Assembly: GCA_016928305.1 (NCBI GenBank)
Contig: JAFGKY010000021.1
Coordinates: forward strand, 54 to 64,053
Source of the DNA: Bacteroidales bacterium
GTDB lineage: Bacteria > Bacteroidota > Bacteroidia > Bacteroidales > UBA10428
Reading direction: 5' to 3'
DNA length: 64,000 nucleotides
In this document: piece by piece, positions 35,908 through 45,598 of the stretch
How the letters are laid out: each line of letters starts with the position of its first letter
Position numbering within the stretch: the first letter of the stretch is position 1
Translations under genes and position numbers: made by a program
Notes under the pieces: generated by a model
Databases searched by the model: none
What the model was told of the DNA's origin: nothing
Seen by the model: only the letters and a program-made list of their open reading frames with translations

Positions 35908-36813
35908 ATGGAAAGGTATAATTTAAATCACCTGAGAGAACTGGAAGCGGAAGCTATTTTTATGATCCGTGAGGTGGCTGCGCAGTTTGAACGACCTGCG
36001 TTGTTATTTTCAGGAGGGAAAGATTCCATTGTGATGTATTACCTTGCATGCAAGGCATTCTGGCCGGCAAGAGTGCCGTTTCCCCTGCTTCATATCGATA
36101 CCGGTCATAATTTTCAGGAAACCCTGGATTTTCGTGATGCCCTCATGGAGAAGACCGGCGGCCGATGCATCGTAAGGTATGTGCAGGACACAATTGATCA
36201 GGGCAAAGTAACAGAAGAAACAGGCTATAATGCCAGCCGGAATGTTCTGCAGACTGTTACGCTGCTGGATGCCATTGCTGAATTCAAATTTGATGCAGCT
36301 CTTGGTGGTGGCCGAAGGGATGAAGAAAAAGCGCGGGCGAAGGAACGTTTTTTTTCGCATCGCGATGAATTCGGCCAGTGGGATCCTAAAAATCAACGCC
36401 CGGAATTGTGGAATATTTTCAACGGCAAAAAACGTATGGGAGAGCATTTCAGGGTATTTCCGCTGAGCAACTGGACCGAGATGGACATATGGCAATATAT
36501 CCTTATGGAACAGGTTGATATCCCTGGTCTCTACTTTACCCATAAACGTGAAGTATTCAACCGCGACGGAGTATGGCTTGCCTATGCACCCTTTATGAAG
36601 CTTAAGCCTTCCGAGAAAGTGGAACTCCTTGATGTGCGCTGCAGGACGATTGGTGATATTACCTGTACCGGATTGACCCTTTCAACCGCCAATACCCTGG
36701 AAGAGATTATCCTGGAGGTTGCCGCTACCCGGATAACCGAACGTGGTGGACGTTATGATGACAAGCGGTCGGACTCAGCTATGGAGGACAGGAAGAAGGA
36801 GGGGTATTTTTAA
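35908..36813 (+). CDS. cysD: Sulfate adenylyltransferase subunit 2
   Basis: LRELEAEAIFMIREVAAQFERPALLFSGGKDSIVM (PP-loop SGGKDS), GGRRDEEKARAKERFFS, NWTEMDIWQYI. Confidence 0.95.
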   Translation: MERYNLNHLRELEAEAIFMIREVAAQFERPALLFSGGKDSIVMYYLACKAFWPARVPFPLLHIDTGHNFQETLDFRDALMEKTGGRCIVRYVQDTIDQGKVTEETGYNASRNVLQTVTLLDAIAEFKFDAALGGGRRDEEKARAKERFFSHRDEFGQWDPKNQRPELWNIFNGKKRMGEHFRVFPLSNWTEMDIWQYILMEQVDIPGLYFTHKREVFNRDGVWLAYAPFMKLKPSEKVELLDVRCRTIGDITCTGLTLSTANTLEEIILEVAATRITERGGRYDDKRSDSAMEDRKKEGYF

Positions 36814-36821
36814 GGAATAGA

Positions 36822-36851
36822 CCACAGTCCACTGTCCACAGTCAACAGTAC
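36822..36851 (+). repeat. Tandem heptamer array CMACWGT x4 (ccacagt ccactgt ccacagt caacagt)
   Basis: Read directly. It starts 9 nt after the cysD stop. Positions 36832-36851 are 16/20 complementary to 37311-37330. Confidence 0.9.
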
Positions 36852-36904
36852 TTTTGGGCTTGTTTTCAAAAACTTCGTTATTAATGGATAAAAGAAATTT
36901 CGTT

Positions 36905-37276
36905 ATGGCATTTAAATTTGAAAAATTGATTGTCTGGGACAAGGCTTTAGAATTAACAAATTCAATTGATCAATTGGTCAGGCATTTTCCTAAAAGTGAA
37001 TTATATGTATTAACCAACCAAATTAAAAGAGCTGCTGATTCAATTGCCCTGAATATTGCCGAAGGTTCTACCGGTCAAAGCGATGCAGAATTTGTACGGT
37101 TTATTAACTACAGTATTAGATCGGCTATTGAAGTCGTTGGATGTCTTTATATTGGGAAAAAACGTGAAATTATTAATGAAAGTAATTTTCATAATCTGTA
37201 TACAAAAACGGAAAAAATAATTATTATGCTTCAGGCATTAAAGAAATCATTAAGGAATAAAAGAACCGATGATTAA
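36905..37276 (+). CDS. Four-helix-bundle protein (23S rRNA intervening-sequence protein family, TIGR02436-type)
   Basis: FKFEKLIVWDKALELTNSIDQLVRHFPKSELYVLTNQIKRAADSIALNIAEGS...FINYSIRSAIEV matches the family hallmark (F.dL.vWqka..l...iy.....fPk.E.y.l.sQlrRAa.SI..NIAEG). Visibly AT-rich relative to cysD and cysN. Confidence 0.88.
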   Translation: MAFKFEKLIVWDKALELTNSIDQLVRHFPKSELYVLTNQIKRAADSIALNIAEGSTGQSDAEFVRFINYSIRSAIEVVGCLYIGKKREIINESNFHNLYTKTEKIIIMLQALKKSLRNKRTDD

Positions 37277-37296
37277 AATATTCATATGAATGCTAT

Positions 37297-37375
37297 GGAC
37301 AGTGAACAGTGTACTTTGTACTGTGGACTGACTATCGACCGTGAACTGTGAACTGTCGACCGTGGACCGTGGACT
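37297..37375 (+). repeat. Tandem heptamer array, about 11 units (ggacagt gaacagt gtacttt gtactgt ggactga ctatcga ccgtgaa ctgtgaa ctgtcga ccgtgga ccgtgga)
   Basis: Read directly. It starts 21 nt after the four-helix-bundle stop and ends 22 nt before the cysN ATG. Confidence 0.85.
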
Positions 37376-37397
37376 AATTTTAACAAACATAAATACC

Positions 37398-38672
37398 ATG
37401 CACCAACAATCGCAAACCGGCTACCTTGACATGGAACTACTCCGTTTCACCACGGCCGGAAGTGTTGATGACGGGAAGAGCACCCTGATAGGCAGGTTGT
37501 TATACGACAGTAAAGCTATATTTGAAGATCAGCTTGAGGCCCTGGAAAAGGCCAGCATCAACAGGGGTGAAGAGCAACTGAACCTGTCACTGCTCACGGA
37601 TGGCCTGAGGGCAGAGAGAGAGCAAGGTATAACCATTGACGTGGCTTACCGTTATTTTGCCACTCCCAAACGAAAGTTCATAATTGCCGATACACCCGGA
37701 CATATCCAGTATACACGCAATATGGTAACCGGTGCATCAACGGCCAACGCAGCTATTATTTTGGTCGATGCACGAAACGGGGTCATGGAACAAACTATAC
37801 GGCATTGTTATATTGCCTCATTGTTGCAGATCCCTCACATCATAGTATGCATAAATAAAATGGACCTGGTTGACTATGGAGAACAGGTATTTGAAAAAAT
37901 ACAACATGACTTCAATGGTTTTTCTGATAAACTGGATATTAAAGATATCCGGTTTGTCCCGATTAGCGCATTGAAAGGAGACAATGTCGTGGAGCGTTCT
38001 TCCAATATGCCTTGGTATCAGGGCCCCACGCTTATGTTTTTACTGGAAAACATTCATATCAGCAATGATCAGAATTTTGTCGACTTGCGTTTTCCGGTTC
38101 AGTTTGTCATTCGGCCCAACCGCGATGAATTTCATGATTATCGCGGTTATGCCGGCAGGGTGGCCGGTGGTGTATTGCATAAAGGAGATAAAATACTGGT
38201 ACTTCCTTCGGGATTTTCATCTGCCATCAGATCCATCGATACCATGAAAGAAAGCCTTGAATTTGCTTTTCCCCCGCAATCGGTTACTTTAACCCTGGAG
38301 GACGATATAGACATAAGCCGCGGAGATATGATTGTCAGTCCCGACAATCTTCCTCTTACCGGTCAGGATATTACGCTGATGATCTGCTGGCTTAATGAGA
38401 AACCGATGAGGCCGGAGGGAAAGTACCTGGTCAGGCATACTTCGCGTGATGCAAAATGCATCATCAGGAATGTCAATTTTAAGGTCAATATCAATTCACT
38501 GGATAAGGATTATTCAGATGCGCATATTGGTCTGAATGAAATTGCTGAGATTACCATACGTACCACACAACCGCTTTTTTATGATTCATACCGGAAAAAC
38601 CGTATTACCGGCAGCCTTATCCTTATTGATGAAGGTACTAATGAAACCGTTTGCGCGGGGATGATTATTTAA
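37398..38672 (+). CDS. cysN: Sulfate adenylyltransferase subunit 1 (GTPase)
   Basis: Start at MHQQSQTGYLDMELLRFTTAGSVDDGKSTLIGRLL (G1). DTPGH (G3) and NKMD (G4). There is no fused APS-kinase domain, consistent with the separate cysC. Confidence 0.93.
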   Translation: MHQQSQTGYLDMELLRFTTAGSVDDGKSTLIGRLLYDSKAIFEDQLEALEKASINRGEEQLNLSLLTDGLRAEREQGITIDVAYRYFATPKRKFIIADTPGHIQYTRNMVTGASTANAAIILVDARNGVMEQTIRHCYIASLLQIPHIIVCINKMDLVDYGEQVFEKIQHDFNGFSDKLDIKDIRFVPISALKGDNVVERSSNMPWYQGPTLMFLLENIHISNDQNFVDLRFPVQFVIRPNRDEFHDYRGYAGRVAGGVLHKGDKILVLPSGFSSAIRSIDTMKESLEFAFPPQSVTLTLEDDIDISRGDMIVSPDNLPLTGQDITLMICWLNEKPMRPEGKYLVRHTSRDAKCIIRNVNFKVNINSLDKDYSDAHIGLNEIAEITIRTTQPLFYDSYRKNRITGSLILIDEGTNETVCAGMII

Positions 38673-39051
38673 AGCCCTGATACCAGAGATAACAGGGTAA
38701 TTGACAGGAGGTAGTAAACGTTGAAGAGTGACAAGAAAGGGACAAGAGACAGGGAAGAAAGACCTGCCAGAGTCCGCAGGTCCTGGCAGAGTCTGGTTCA
38801 CTGATACGATAGGGACGAAGAAAATAAAAAGCAAACAAAATACAAATAAGCCTATCGAAATAGAAATCACTCGGCAGAGCCGAGCGATTGATGGGAGTAT
38901 TCTTTTCCCATGACTGAAGTCAGGTGCAATAGATGCATGGATGTGCTATGTTTATAGGATAATCCCCTTTTTTCCTACAGTGAATTTACCGGCTGTGGAA
39001 ACTGTTTCAATATCAAAAGCTATCCGGATTTCCGTCTACCCTCCAACTTGA

Positions 39052-39834
39052 TTATATACTTTTAATCCTTCTCATGGAGTGCAACCGATGGGTATACCGA
39101 CACAGTTGCTGATTGAAAATCCCTTTTTCATCCAGTTTATCGATCCTTACCATTCCGGAACAATGAATGATACGATCAGGAGGGATCGCTAATCCGACAT
39201 GAACCACCTTTTTTCCCTTATCGCTGAAAAAAACAAGATCCCCGGCTGAAAGTTCCTTTATACGGTGAACGGACTGACCCGTATCAGCTTGTTGCCATGC
39301 ATCCCTGGGTGTTCGTATCCCGTTGATTTTATACACTATCTGAGTGAATCCTGAACAGTCAAATCCAAAAGGTGAACGGCCTCCCCACAGGTACGGGGAA
39401 TTAAGAAAGTGTTCAGCCGTGGTAACAAGGTTTACATTATGCCCTGTGATGGATGATAGGTCCTGAACCGCTAACCGATATACATGAGAATCCACATTTA
39501 TGACCCCGTTACTGTCAATATGACCCAACGTACTGCCCGCCGTTATCAGAAGTGTTGTTTGATCGGGAGCCAGGAGCCTGGCAGATACAGGGTATGCAAC
39601 TGCATAACCACCTTTTTCCAGCTTTTTATAATACTCAGTGGAAACAGGATTGAACGTTTTTTTATCTATCCAGCCCGTATAATGGTCAAATTCGGTGATG
39701 ATTTTATGCCATGCCTGTTTTTTTTCCGTTATTTCATAAGCTTCACCAAAAAGCAACTGGCTTACCATTTCACTTTTTTCAGAAGGTTCCCTTCTGACCG
39801 GTATGATGCTTAATAAACAGATCCCTTTTTCCAT
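39052..39834 (-). CDS. C40 family peptidase (NlpC/P60) with N-terminal SH3-like domain
   Basis: YLWGGRSPFGFDCSGFTQIVYK (catalytic Cys) and GDLVFF...HVGLAI (His). N-terminal SH3b-like region: REPSEKSEMVSQLLFGEAYEI. Confidence 0.88.
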   Translation of the reverse strand: MEKGICLLSIIPVRREPSEKSEMVSQLLFGEAYEITEKKQAWHKIITEFDHYTGWIDKKTFNPVSTEYYKKLEKGGYAVAYPVSARLLAPDQTTLLITAGSTLGHIDSNGVINVDSHVYRLAVQDLSSITGHNVNLVTTAEHFLNSPYLWGGRSPFGFDCSGFTQIVYKINGIRTPRDAWQQADTGQSVHRIKELSAGDLVFFSDKGKKVVHVGLAIPPDRIIHCSGMVRIDKLDEKGIFNQQLCRYTHRLHSMRRIKSI

Positions 39835-39969
39835 CAGAACAGAAGCTGAGTTGAAATGAACATGATGCGGGTTTAATTGTTTAATGATTCTGGAATCATT
39901 ATTTTTGATTACCTTGCTAAGGTATTAACAAATATCGTTTGGTAACGGAAATGAATTTCGGATTTTATC

Positions 39970-42114
39970 ATGATGCGGTTTTATAATTACATCCGATATA
40001 ATTTTAGGATCATACTGACCATTGTGCTTTTTATCATTACCTCAGTGGTGATCGTGTATTTGCTTCCGACGGAAGGAAAATTCAGGTATGAATTCCAGCG
40101 CGGAACGTATTGGAAACACGAAGACCTTCAGGCTCCTTTTAATTTCCCTGTCTATAAAACAAAAGAGGAGCTTGTTTATGAGCAGGATTCTGTTTTAATG
40201 CATTTTAAACCGTATTTTGTTTTTAATGATGAATTGACCAGGAAAAGACTGGAAGAATTCAACACGGATTTTGAAACCGGCTGGATCGATTATTCATTGA
40301 AGAAGCTGGGTATAACAGAAAAGGACAATTACCTGAAAATGAGGAAGTACAAAGAAAATCGCGAAGCAGCCGAACAATATAACCAATTGATAGGTGGATG
40401 GCTGACTGAGGTATATCATGCAGGAATAATTGATTTGGCTCCGGTTGAAGAAAGTAAAATGACGAATGTAACCCAGGTGTTACTTATTGTTGACAACATG
40501 GCCGAAGAGAGGGAGATCCGTAATATGTTCAGTCCGAAAACAGCTTTTGAATATATCAACAACTGTATCGATGACTATAACAAACAGCGTAAATTTCCAA
40601 TTGTCAGGCAATACACTGATTTTTTCAATACTTTCAACATAAATTATTATATAGCTGTAAATGTTACCTATGATGAAGAAAAATCGCTGCAGTCAAAAAA
40701 TCAATTATTGAGATCCATATCGCGTACACGTGGAATGATTCAGGAGGGTCAGGGAATTATATCGAAAGGGGAGTTCATTACCCACGAAAAGTATCTTATA
40801 CTTGAATCGTTGCGCATCGAATATGAAAAAAACCTCGGTGCAATGGCAGGTCAGCTGGTTAATATAGGAAAACTGGTTATTGTGCTTGCATCATTGCTGC
40901 TAATTTATCTTTTTTTATGGAATTTCCGGAGAGAGGTCATTTTCAATACAAGGCGAATTGCATTTATCCTGCTTACGGTTTTACTGATGGTTGTAGCTGG
41001 CAGTATGACGCTGAAATATGACCTTATCAGCATATATGTGATGCCGTTTGTGATTATCCCGATAATTCTGCGGACATTTTTTGATGCACGGCTTGCACTC
41101 TTCATACATATTGTAACGGTAATACTTATCGGATTTTTTACTCCCAACGGTTTCCTGTTTATTTTTCTCAATGTTTTTGCGGGAATGGTTGCCATATTCA
41201 GCCTTACAAACCTTTACAGGCGTTCAAAGCTGATTGTCACCGCCATACTGGTTGTGCTCACCTATGCGGTAATTTATTTCGGAACGGCTATTGTACAGGA
41301 AGGCAATATTAAGGCCATTGAATGGAAATATTTTGCATGGTTCGGATATAACGGCATCCTGTTGTTAATTTCGTACCCGCTGATATATATTTTTGAAAAG
41401 ACTTTCGGATTTCTTTCTGATGCCACCTTAATGGAACTTTCGGATACCAATCAGCCGTTGTTGCGGAAACTGGCTGAGATAGCTCCCGGCACATTTCAGC
41501 ATTCCCTGCAGGTTGCAAACCTGGCTGAGGATGCTGTACATAAGATAGGAGGTAATCCTCTGCTGGTTCGTACCGGTGCTTTGTATCATGACATCGGGAA
41601 AATGGAAGAACCTTTTTATTATATTGAAAACCAGGCTTCGGGTAACAATCCTCATGATAATCTTGAATTCGAACAAAGCGCACGCTTTATTATAGGTCAT
41701 GTTAGTAAAGGTGTGGATATTGCCCGAAAGAATGCACTGCCTGAACCCATTATTGATTTTATCAGAACCCATCACGGAACCAATACGGTACATTATTTTT
41801 ACAAATCATTTTTAAAAAGATATCCTGAAGAGGAAGTTGATGTACGGAAATTCTCTTATCCAGGTCCCAAACCCTTTACGCGTGAGCTGGCCGTTGTAAT
41901 GATGGCAGATTCGGTTGAGGCTGCATCCAGGAGCCTGAAACAGATCGATAACCAGACGCTGGACAAACTGATTGAGGATATTATACATACACAAATGATG
42001 GAAGAACAGTTTAACGATGCCAATATAACATTTCGGGATATTACCGATATTAAAGAAGTATTCAGGAAGCGGCTTAAGAATATTTATCACGCCCGCATTG
42101 CTTATCCCGCATAA
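39970..42114 (+). CDS. 7TM-receptor/HDIG-domain phosphohydrolase (PgpH-like, 7TMR-HDED architecture)
   Basis: 714 aa: an extracellular N-terminal domain, 7 predicted TM helices (about aa 300-480), then an HD domain (HSLQVANLAE...GALYHDIGK...IIGHVSKG...IRTHHG). Confidence 0.82.
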   Translation: MMRFYNYIRYNFRIILTIVLFIITSVVIVYLLPTEGKFRYEFQRGTYWKHEDLQAPFNFPVYKTKEELVYEQDSVLMHFKPYFVFNDELTRKRLEEFNTDFETGWIDYSLKKLGITEKDNYLKMRKYKENREAAEQYNQLIGGWLTEVYHAGIIDLAPVEESKMTNVTQVLLIVDNMAEEREIRNMFSPKTAFEYINNCIDDYNKQRKFPIVRQYTDFFNTFNINYYIAVNVTYDEEKSLQSKNQLLRSISRTRGMIQEGQGIISKGEFITHEKYLILESLRIEYEKNLGAMAGQLVNIGKLVIVLASLLLIYLFLWNFRREVIFNTRRIAFILLTVLLMVVAGSMTLKYDLISIYVMPFVIIPIILRTFFDARLALFIHIVTVILIGFFTPNGFLFIFLNVFAGMVAIFSLTNLYRRSKLIVTAILVVLTYAVIYFGTAIVQEGNIKAIEWKYFAWFGYNGILLLISYPLIYIFEKTFGFLSDATLMELSDTNQPLLRKLAEIAPGTFQHSLQVANLAEDAVHKIGGNPLLVRTGALYHDIGKMEEPFYYIENQASGNNPHDNLEFEQSARFIIGHVSKGVDIARKNALPEPIIDFIRTHHGTNTVHYFYKSFLKRYPEEEVDVRKFSYPGPKPFTRELAVVMMADSVEAASRSLKQIDNQTLDKLIEDIIHTQMMEEQFNDANITFRDITDIKEVFRKRLKNIYHARIAYPA

Positions 42115-42152
42115 ACCGTCTTTCTTGTTCCCGTTGAGAAAATTCTTGTGTG

Positions 42153-42800
42153 TTAAAGACCGCGCATGTCAACGATAGTTATCTTCTTATACTTAGCCGG
42201 GTCAAAGGTAAACATACTGTCATCGAAATCTTTGTTGGTCAGGATATTCTTCAGAAATACAGAATAATTTATGCCGTCTTTTCCAATGGATGAAATAATT
42301 GCCAGTTGTTCGGTGTTTTTTGCAATAAAAAGCTTAATACGTGAATAAGGCTGATTCAGGTTTTCAGGAAAGAGATCGATTTCATGCATCAGGGTTCCTT
42401 CAACCGTTGTTTCCCCACGGTACTGGTATTTAAAGTCACTCTCGTATAATGCAAAAACGCTGGCCGGATTATTCAGGAAATGATCATCCTGGCTATCCGG
42501 TTCGGTAATGGTTACTTCATTATGATCCTGAACATAAGTCCACATACTCTTCCCGTCAAAATATACCGTTGTACCAGCGGAAACAATCCTGTACTTATTG
42601 CCTTTAATGATAATGTTCCCGTTGCTGGTGTTTTTGTTATCTTCCTTGCGGTCAACTACAATCAGTGTGAAATCGGCCTGGATCGATTGATATTGTTTCG
42701 TTTTTGCCGCAACCCTGTCAAGGATTTCCCTGGCAACCGGATCTTGCTGTGCAGTAAGCTGCAAAGAAAACGGCAGAAGTAATAGGATCAGGTATCTCAT
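42153..42800 (-). CDS. LolA-like outer membrane lipoprotein carrier protein
   Basis: Signal peptide, then PVAREILDRVAAKTKQYQSIQADFTL and GNIIIKGNKYRI, typical of Bacteroidota LolA-family proteins. It sits directly downstream of ftsK. Confidence 0.75.
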   Translation of the reverse strand: MRYLILLLLPFSLQLTAQQDPVAREILDRVAAKTKQYQSIQADFTLIVVDRKEDNKNTSNGNIIIKGNKYRIVSAGTTVYFDGKSMWTYVQDHNEVTITEPDSQDDHFLNNPASVFALYESDFKYQYRGETTVEGTLMHEIDLFPENLNQPYSRIKLFIAKNTEQLAIISSIGKDGINYSVFLKNILTNKDFDDSMFTFDPAKYKKITIVDMRGL

Positions 42801-42808
42801 GTTTTATG

Positions 42809-45187
42809 TTATTGCTTGATAAGGGTACTCAAATATTGTTCCAAAGAATATTCATCCGAAAAGAAAACCTGCCTGGGTTTACTGCCATCAGGGGCACCAA
42901 CAATTCCTGCTGCTTCAAGCTGATCCATAATGCGACCTGCCCGATTGTATCCAATGGAAAATTTTCGCTGGATCAGGGAGGTGGAACCCTGTTGATGGAG
43001 CACAACAAGGCGTGCAGCTTCGTTGAACAGGCTGTCTTTCCTGGACAGGTCTATTTCAAGACCTTCCGGAGTGCTTTCGTCAATATATTCGGGAAGGTAC
43101 AATGCTGTTGGGAAGCCTTGCTGAAAGGAAATATAATCCGTTATGCTTTCAATCTCCGGAATATCAATGAATGCGCACTGAAGCCTTGTCATTTCACTGC
43201 CGGGTGCAAAAAGCAAATCACCACGACCAATCAGCTGATTGGCTCCCGGAGCATCGAGAATGGTACGTGAATCTACCATTGACGTTACCCTGAAGGCAAT
43301 CCGGGCAGGGAAATTGGCCTTGATCACACCGGTAATGATGTTGGTGGTAGGACGCTGTGTGGCTATTACAAGATGGATGCCAATGGCCCTGGCAAGCTGC
43401 GCCAGTCGTGCCAGTGGTGTTTCTACTTCCTTGCCGGCGGTCATGATAAGATCGGCAAATTCATCAACAATAACAACAATATAAGGAAGATAACGATGTC
43501 CTTTTTCGGGACTCAGATTCCTTTTAATGAATTTATGATTGTATTCCTTTATATTCCTTACCCCGGCTTTTTTTAGCAGGTCGTAACGCTGGTCCATTTC
43601 AATGGTCAGGGAGTTTAGCGTGTAAATGACTTTATGTGTATCGGTAATTATAGCTTCCTCGGCATCCGGTATCTTTGCCAGGTAGTGCTTTTCAAGCTTT
43701 GAATAGAGGGTCAGCTCAACTTTTTTGGGATCAATTAATACGAATTTGAGTTGCGAGGGATGTTTTTTAAACAACAGTGAGGTAATAATGCAGTTAAGGC
43801 CGACTGATTTACCCTGTCCGGTAGCACCGGCAACAAGCAGGTGTGGCATTCTGGCCAGGTCAAATACAAACGTTTCATTCGCTATCGTTTTGCCAAGCGC
43901 TACGGCAAGATCATAATTGCATTCCTGGAATTTTCGTGAACCAAGAACCGATCGCATCGATACAATTTCCGGGTTCTGGTTGGGAACTTCAATGCCGATG
44001 GTGCCTTTACCGGGCATGGGAGCAATAATTCTTATTCCGAGTGCTGCCAGGCTCAGTGCTATATCATCTTCAAGGCTTTTTATCTTTGATATTCTTACAC
44101 CGGGAGCGGGAACAATTTCGTACAAGGTTACCGTAGGGCCAATGGTTGCTTTGATCTTGTCGATCTGAATCTTATAATTGGAAAGCGTTTCGACAATTTT
44201 GTTTTTGTTGCTGATAAGCTCTTCATTGGTGACATTGGGATTATCCGAATCATGTTTGGCCAGCATTTCCAGGGGAGGCATCTGAAAATGTGGTAGGTCA
44301 AGGGTTGGATCATAATCTTCCAGCTGATCGTAGTCCGGAAGATCTTCATCCGAATCGCCGTTTTCGCCAGGCTGCGATACTGTGAGCTCAATTTCTTCCT
44401 CGCTCTTTTCTGCCTTCTCAGCATCTGCGACTTTTCCAAAAGTTGACATTCCCTGCTGTTCACGTGAAGGGAATTCGGTTTCAAACACATAACCACCCTC
44501 GTCATAAATTTCCTGAGTTTTCTCTGTTATATCCTTTCTGTTTTTAGTACCCGTCTTTTCTTTGAAGGCTTTTTTGATCCTGTCGAGTGTATGCTGTGTA
44601 AAGGCTACTATGTTTTTAAAAGAATTGTGGAAGGAGAAGACAATCATGGTAAAAGTAAGTATAAGTAGAATAAACAGGGTTCCAAGGCTCCCTGAAAAAG
44701 CCTTAAGCCAGTCACTTATATACAAACCATGCCGCCCTCCGGGTCCGCTGCCTAAAAAACCTCCGGAATGGCCAAAGATATAACCAAGCCAGATGGATAT
44801 CAGGATGGTAAAAATTATGGTAATGCGGAATGCAGGTCCCAGCGGAAGAATCTTAATGCGCATTAACCGCAGGCCCATCAGGAGAAGCAGGAATGGCACG
44901 GTAAACGAAGCAATCCCAAACCACTGGTTCAGAAAAAGATTTGCAAACCAGGCTCCGACTTTGCCCGACCAGTTATCCACACGGAATTCAGGATTGGAGA
45001 ATACCTTGCTCCATTCAAAACTCTGATCAATTTTCCAGGTAAATAGATAAGAAATGAATGCAAGGAGCAGTAATATGGATAAACCGGTGAAAACAAGTCC
45101 GATTGTAACTTTGAACCTTTCGTCCCGGAAGAAGGATGATTTTTTTTTACCGCTTTTATTATTCTCTTTCGTATCTCTTTTACCCAT
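42809..45187 (-). CDS. ftsK: DNA translocase FtsK/SpoIIIE
   Basis: N-terminal 4-5 TM helices, an acidic linker, and a motor domain with Walker A (HLLVAGATGQGKSV) and Walker B (YIVVIVDEFADL). C-terminal winged-helix gamma domain (STSLIQRKFSIGYNRAGRIMDQLEAAGIVG). Confidence 0.95.
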   Translation of the reverse strand: MGKRDTKENNKSGKKKSSFFRDERFKVTIGLVFTGLSILLLLAFISYLFTWKIDQSFEWSKVFSNPEFRVDNWSGKVGAWFANLFLNQWFGIASFTVPFLLLLMGLRLMRIKILPLGPAFRITIIFTILISIWLGYIFGHSGGFLGSGPGGRHGLYISDWLKAFSGSLGTLFILLILTFTMIVFSFHNSFKNIVAFTQHTLDRIKKAFKEKTGTKNRKDITEKTQEIYDEGGYVFETEFPSREQQGMSTFGKVADAEKAEKSEEEIELTVSQPGENGDSDEDLPDYDQLEDYDPTLDLPHFQMPPLEMLAKHDSDNPNVTNEELISNKNKIVETLSNYKIQIDKIKATIGPTVTLYEIVPAPGVRISKIKSLEDDIALSLAALGIRIIAPMPGKGTIGIEVPNQNPEIVSMRSVLGSRKFQECNYDLAVALGKTIANETFVFDLARMPHLLVAGATGQGKSVGLNCIITSLLFKKHPSQLKFVLIDPKKVELTLYSKLEKHYLAKIPDAEEAIITDTHKVIYTLNSLTIEMDQRYDLLKKAGVRNIKEYNHKFIKRNLSPEKGHRYLPYIVVIVDEFADLIMTAGKEVETPLARLAQLARAIGIHLVIATQRPTTNIITGVIKANFPARIAFRVTSMVDSRTILDAPGANQLIGRGDLLFAPGSEMTRLQCAFIDIPEIESITDYISFQQGFPTALYLPEYIDESTPEGLEIDLSRKDSLFNEAARLVVLHQQGSTSLIQRKFSIGYNRAGRIMDQLEAAGIVGAPDGSKPRQVFFSDEYSLEQYLSTLIKQ

Positions 45188-45598
45188 CGATAATATGAAT
45201 TGTTTTCGTGTTGTGCTGATTAGAAGCCCACAGTTGACGATTCACAACCTGTCTTCAGGCATAGCCTCTGAAAAGGCTTATACCATCAAATAGTTTTTAT
45301 CCCTTGTAACTTCTTTACAAAACCATTGCTAAAATAAGCAAGAGCATCATACAAACGGAGAAAACCGGTGAAATGTTATTCACAAAAATGCTTTTTATCC
45401 TATGTTGCTCCATATTCTACAAGGATATATCAATATCGGGCAGTGATTTTTACCGGGTTCTTCTGTGAATTTATTGTGTCTTATTTCCCTCCCCTTGCGA
45501 CGAGATAAACAAGAATTCATTTTCGATATTTCGTCAGCTTAATGCGAGGTAATTCATCAGGCAGGTTGTGGCCGAATTTCCTTTTGTTGACCGCGCAA

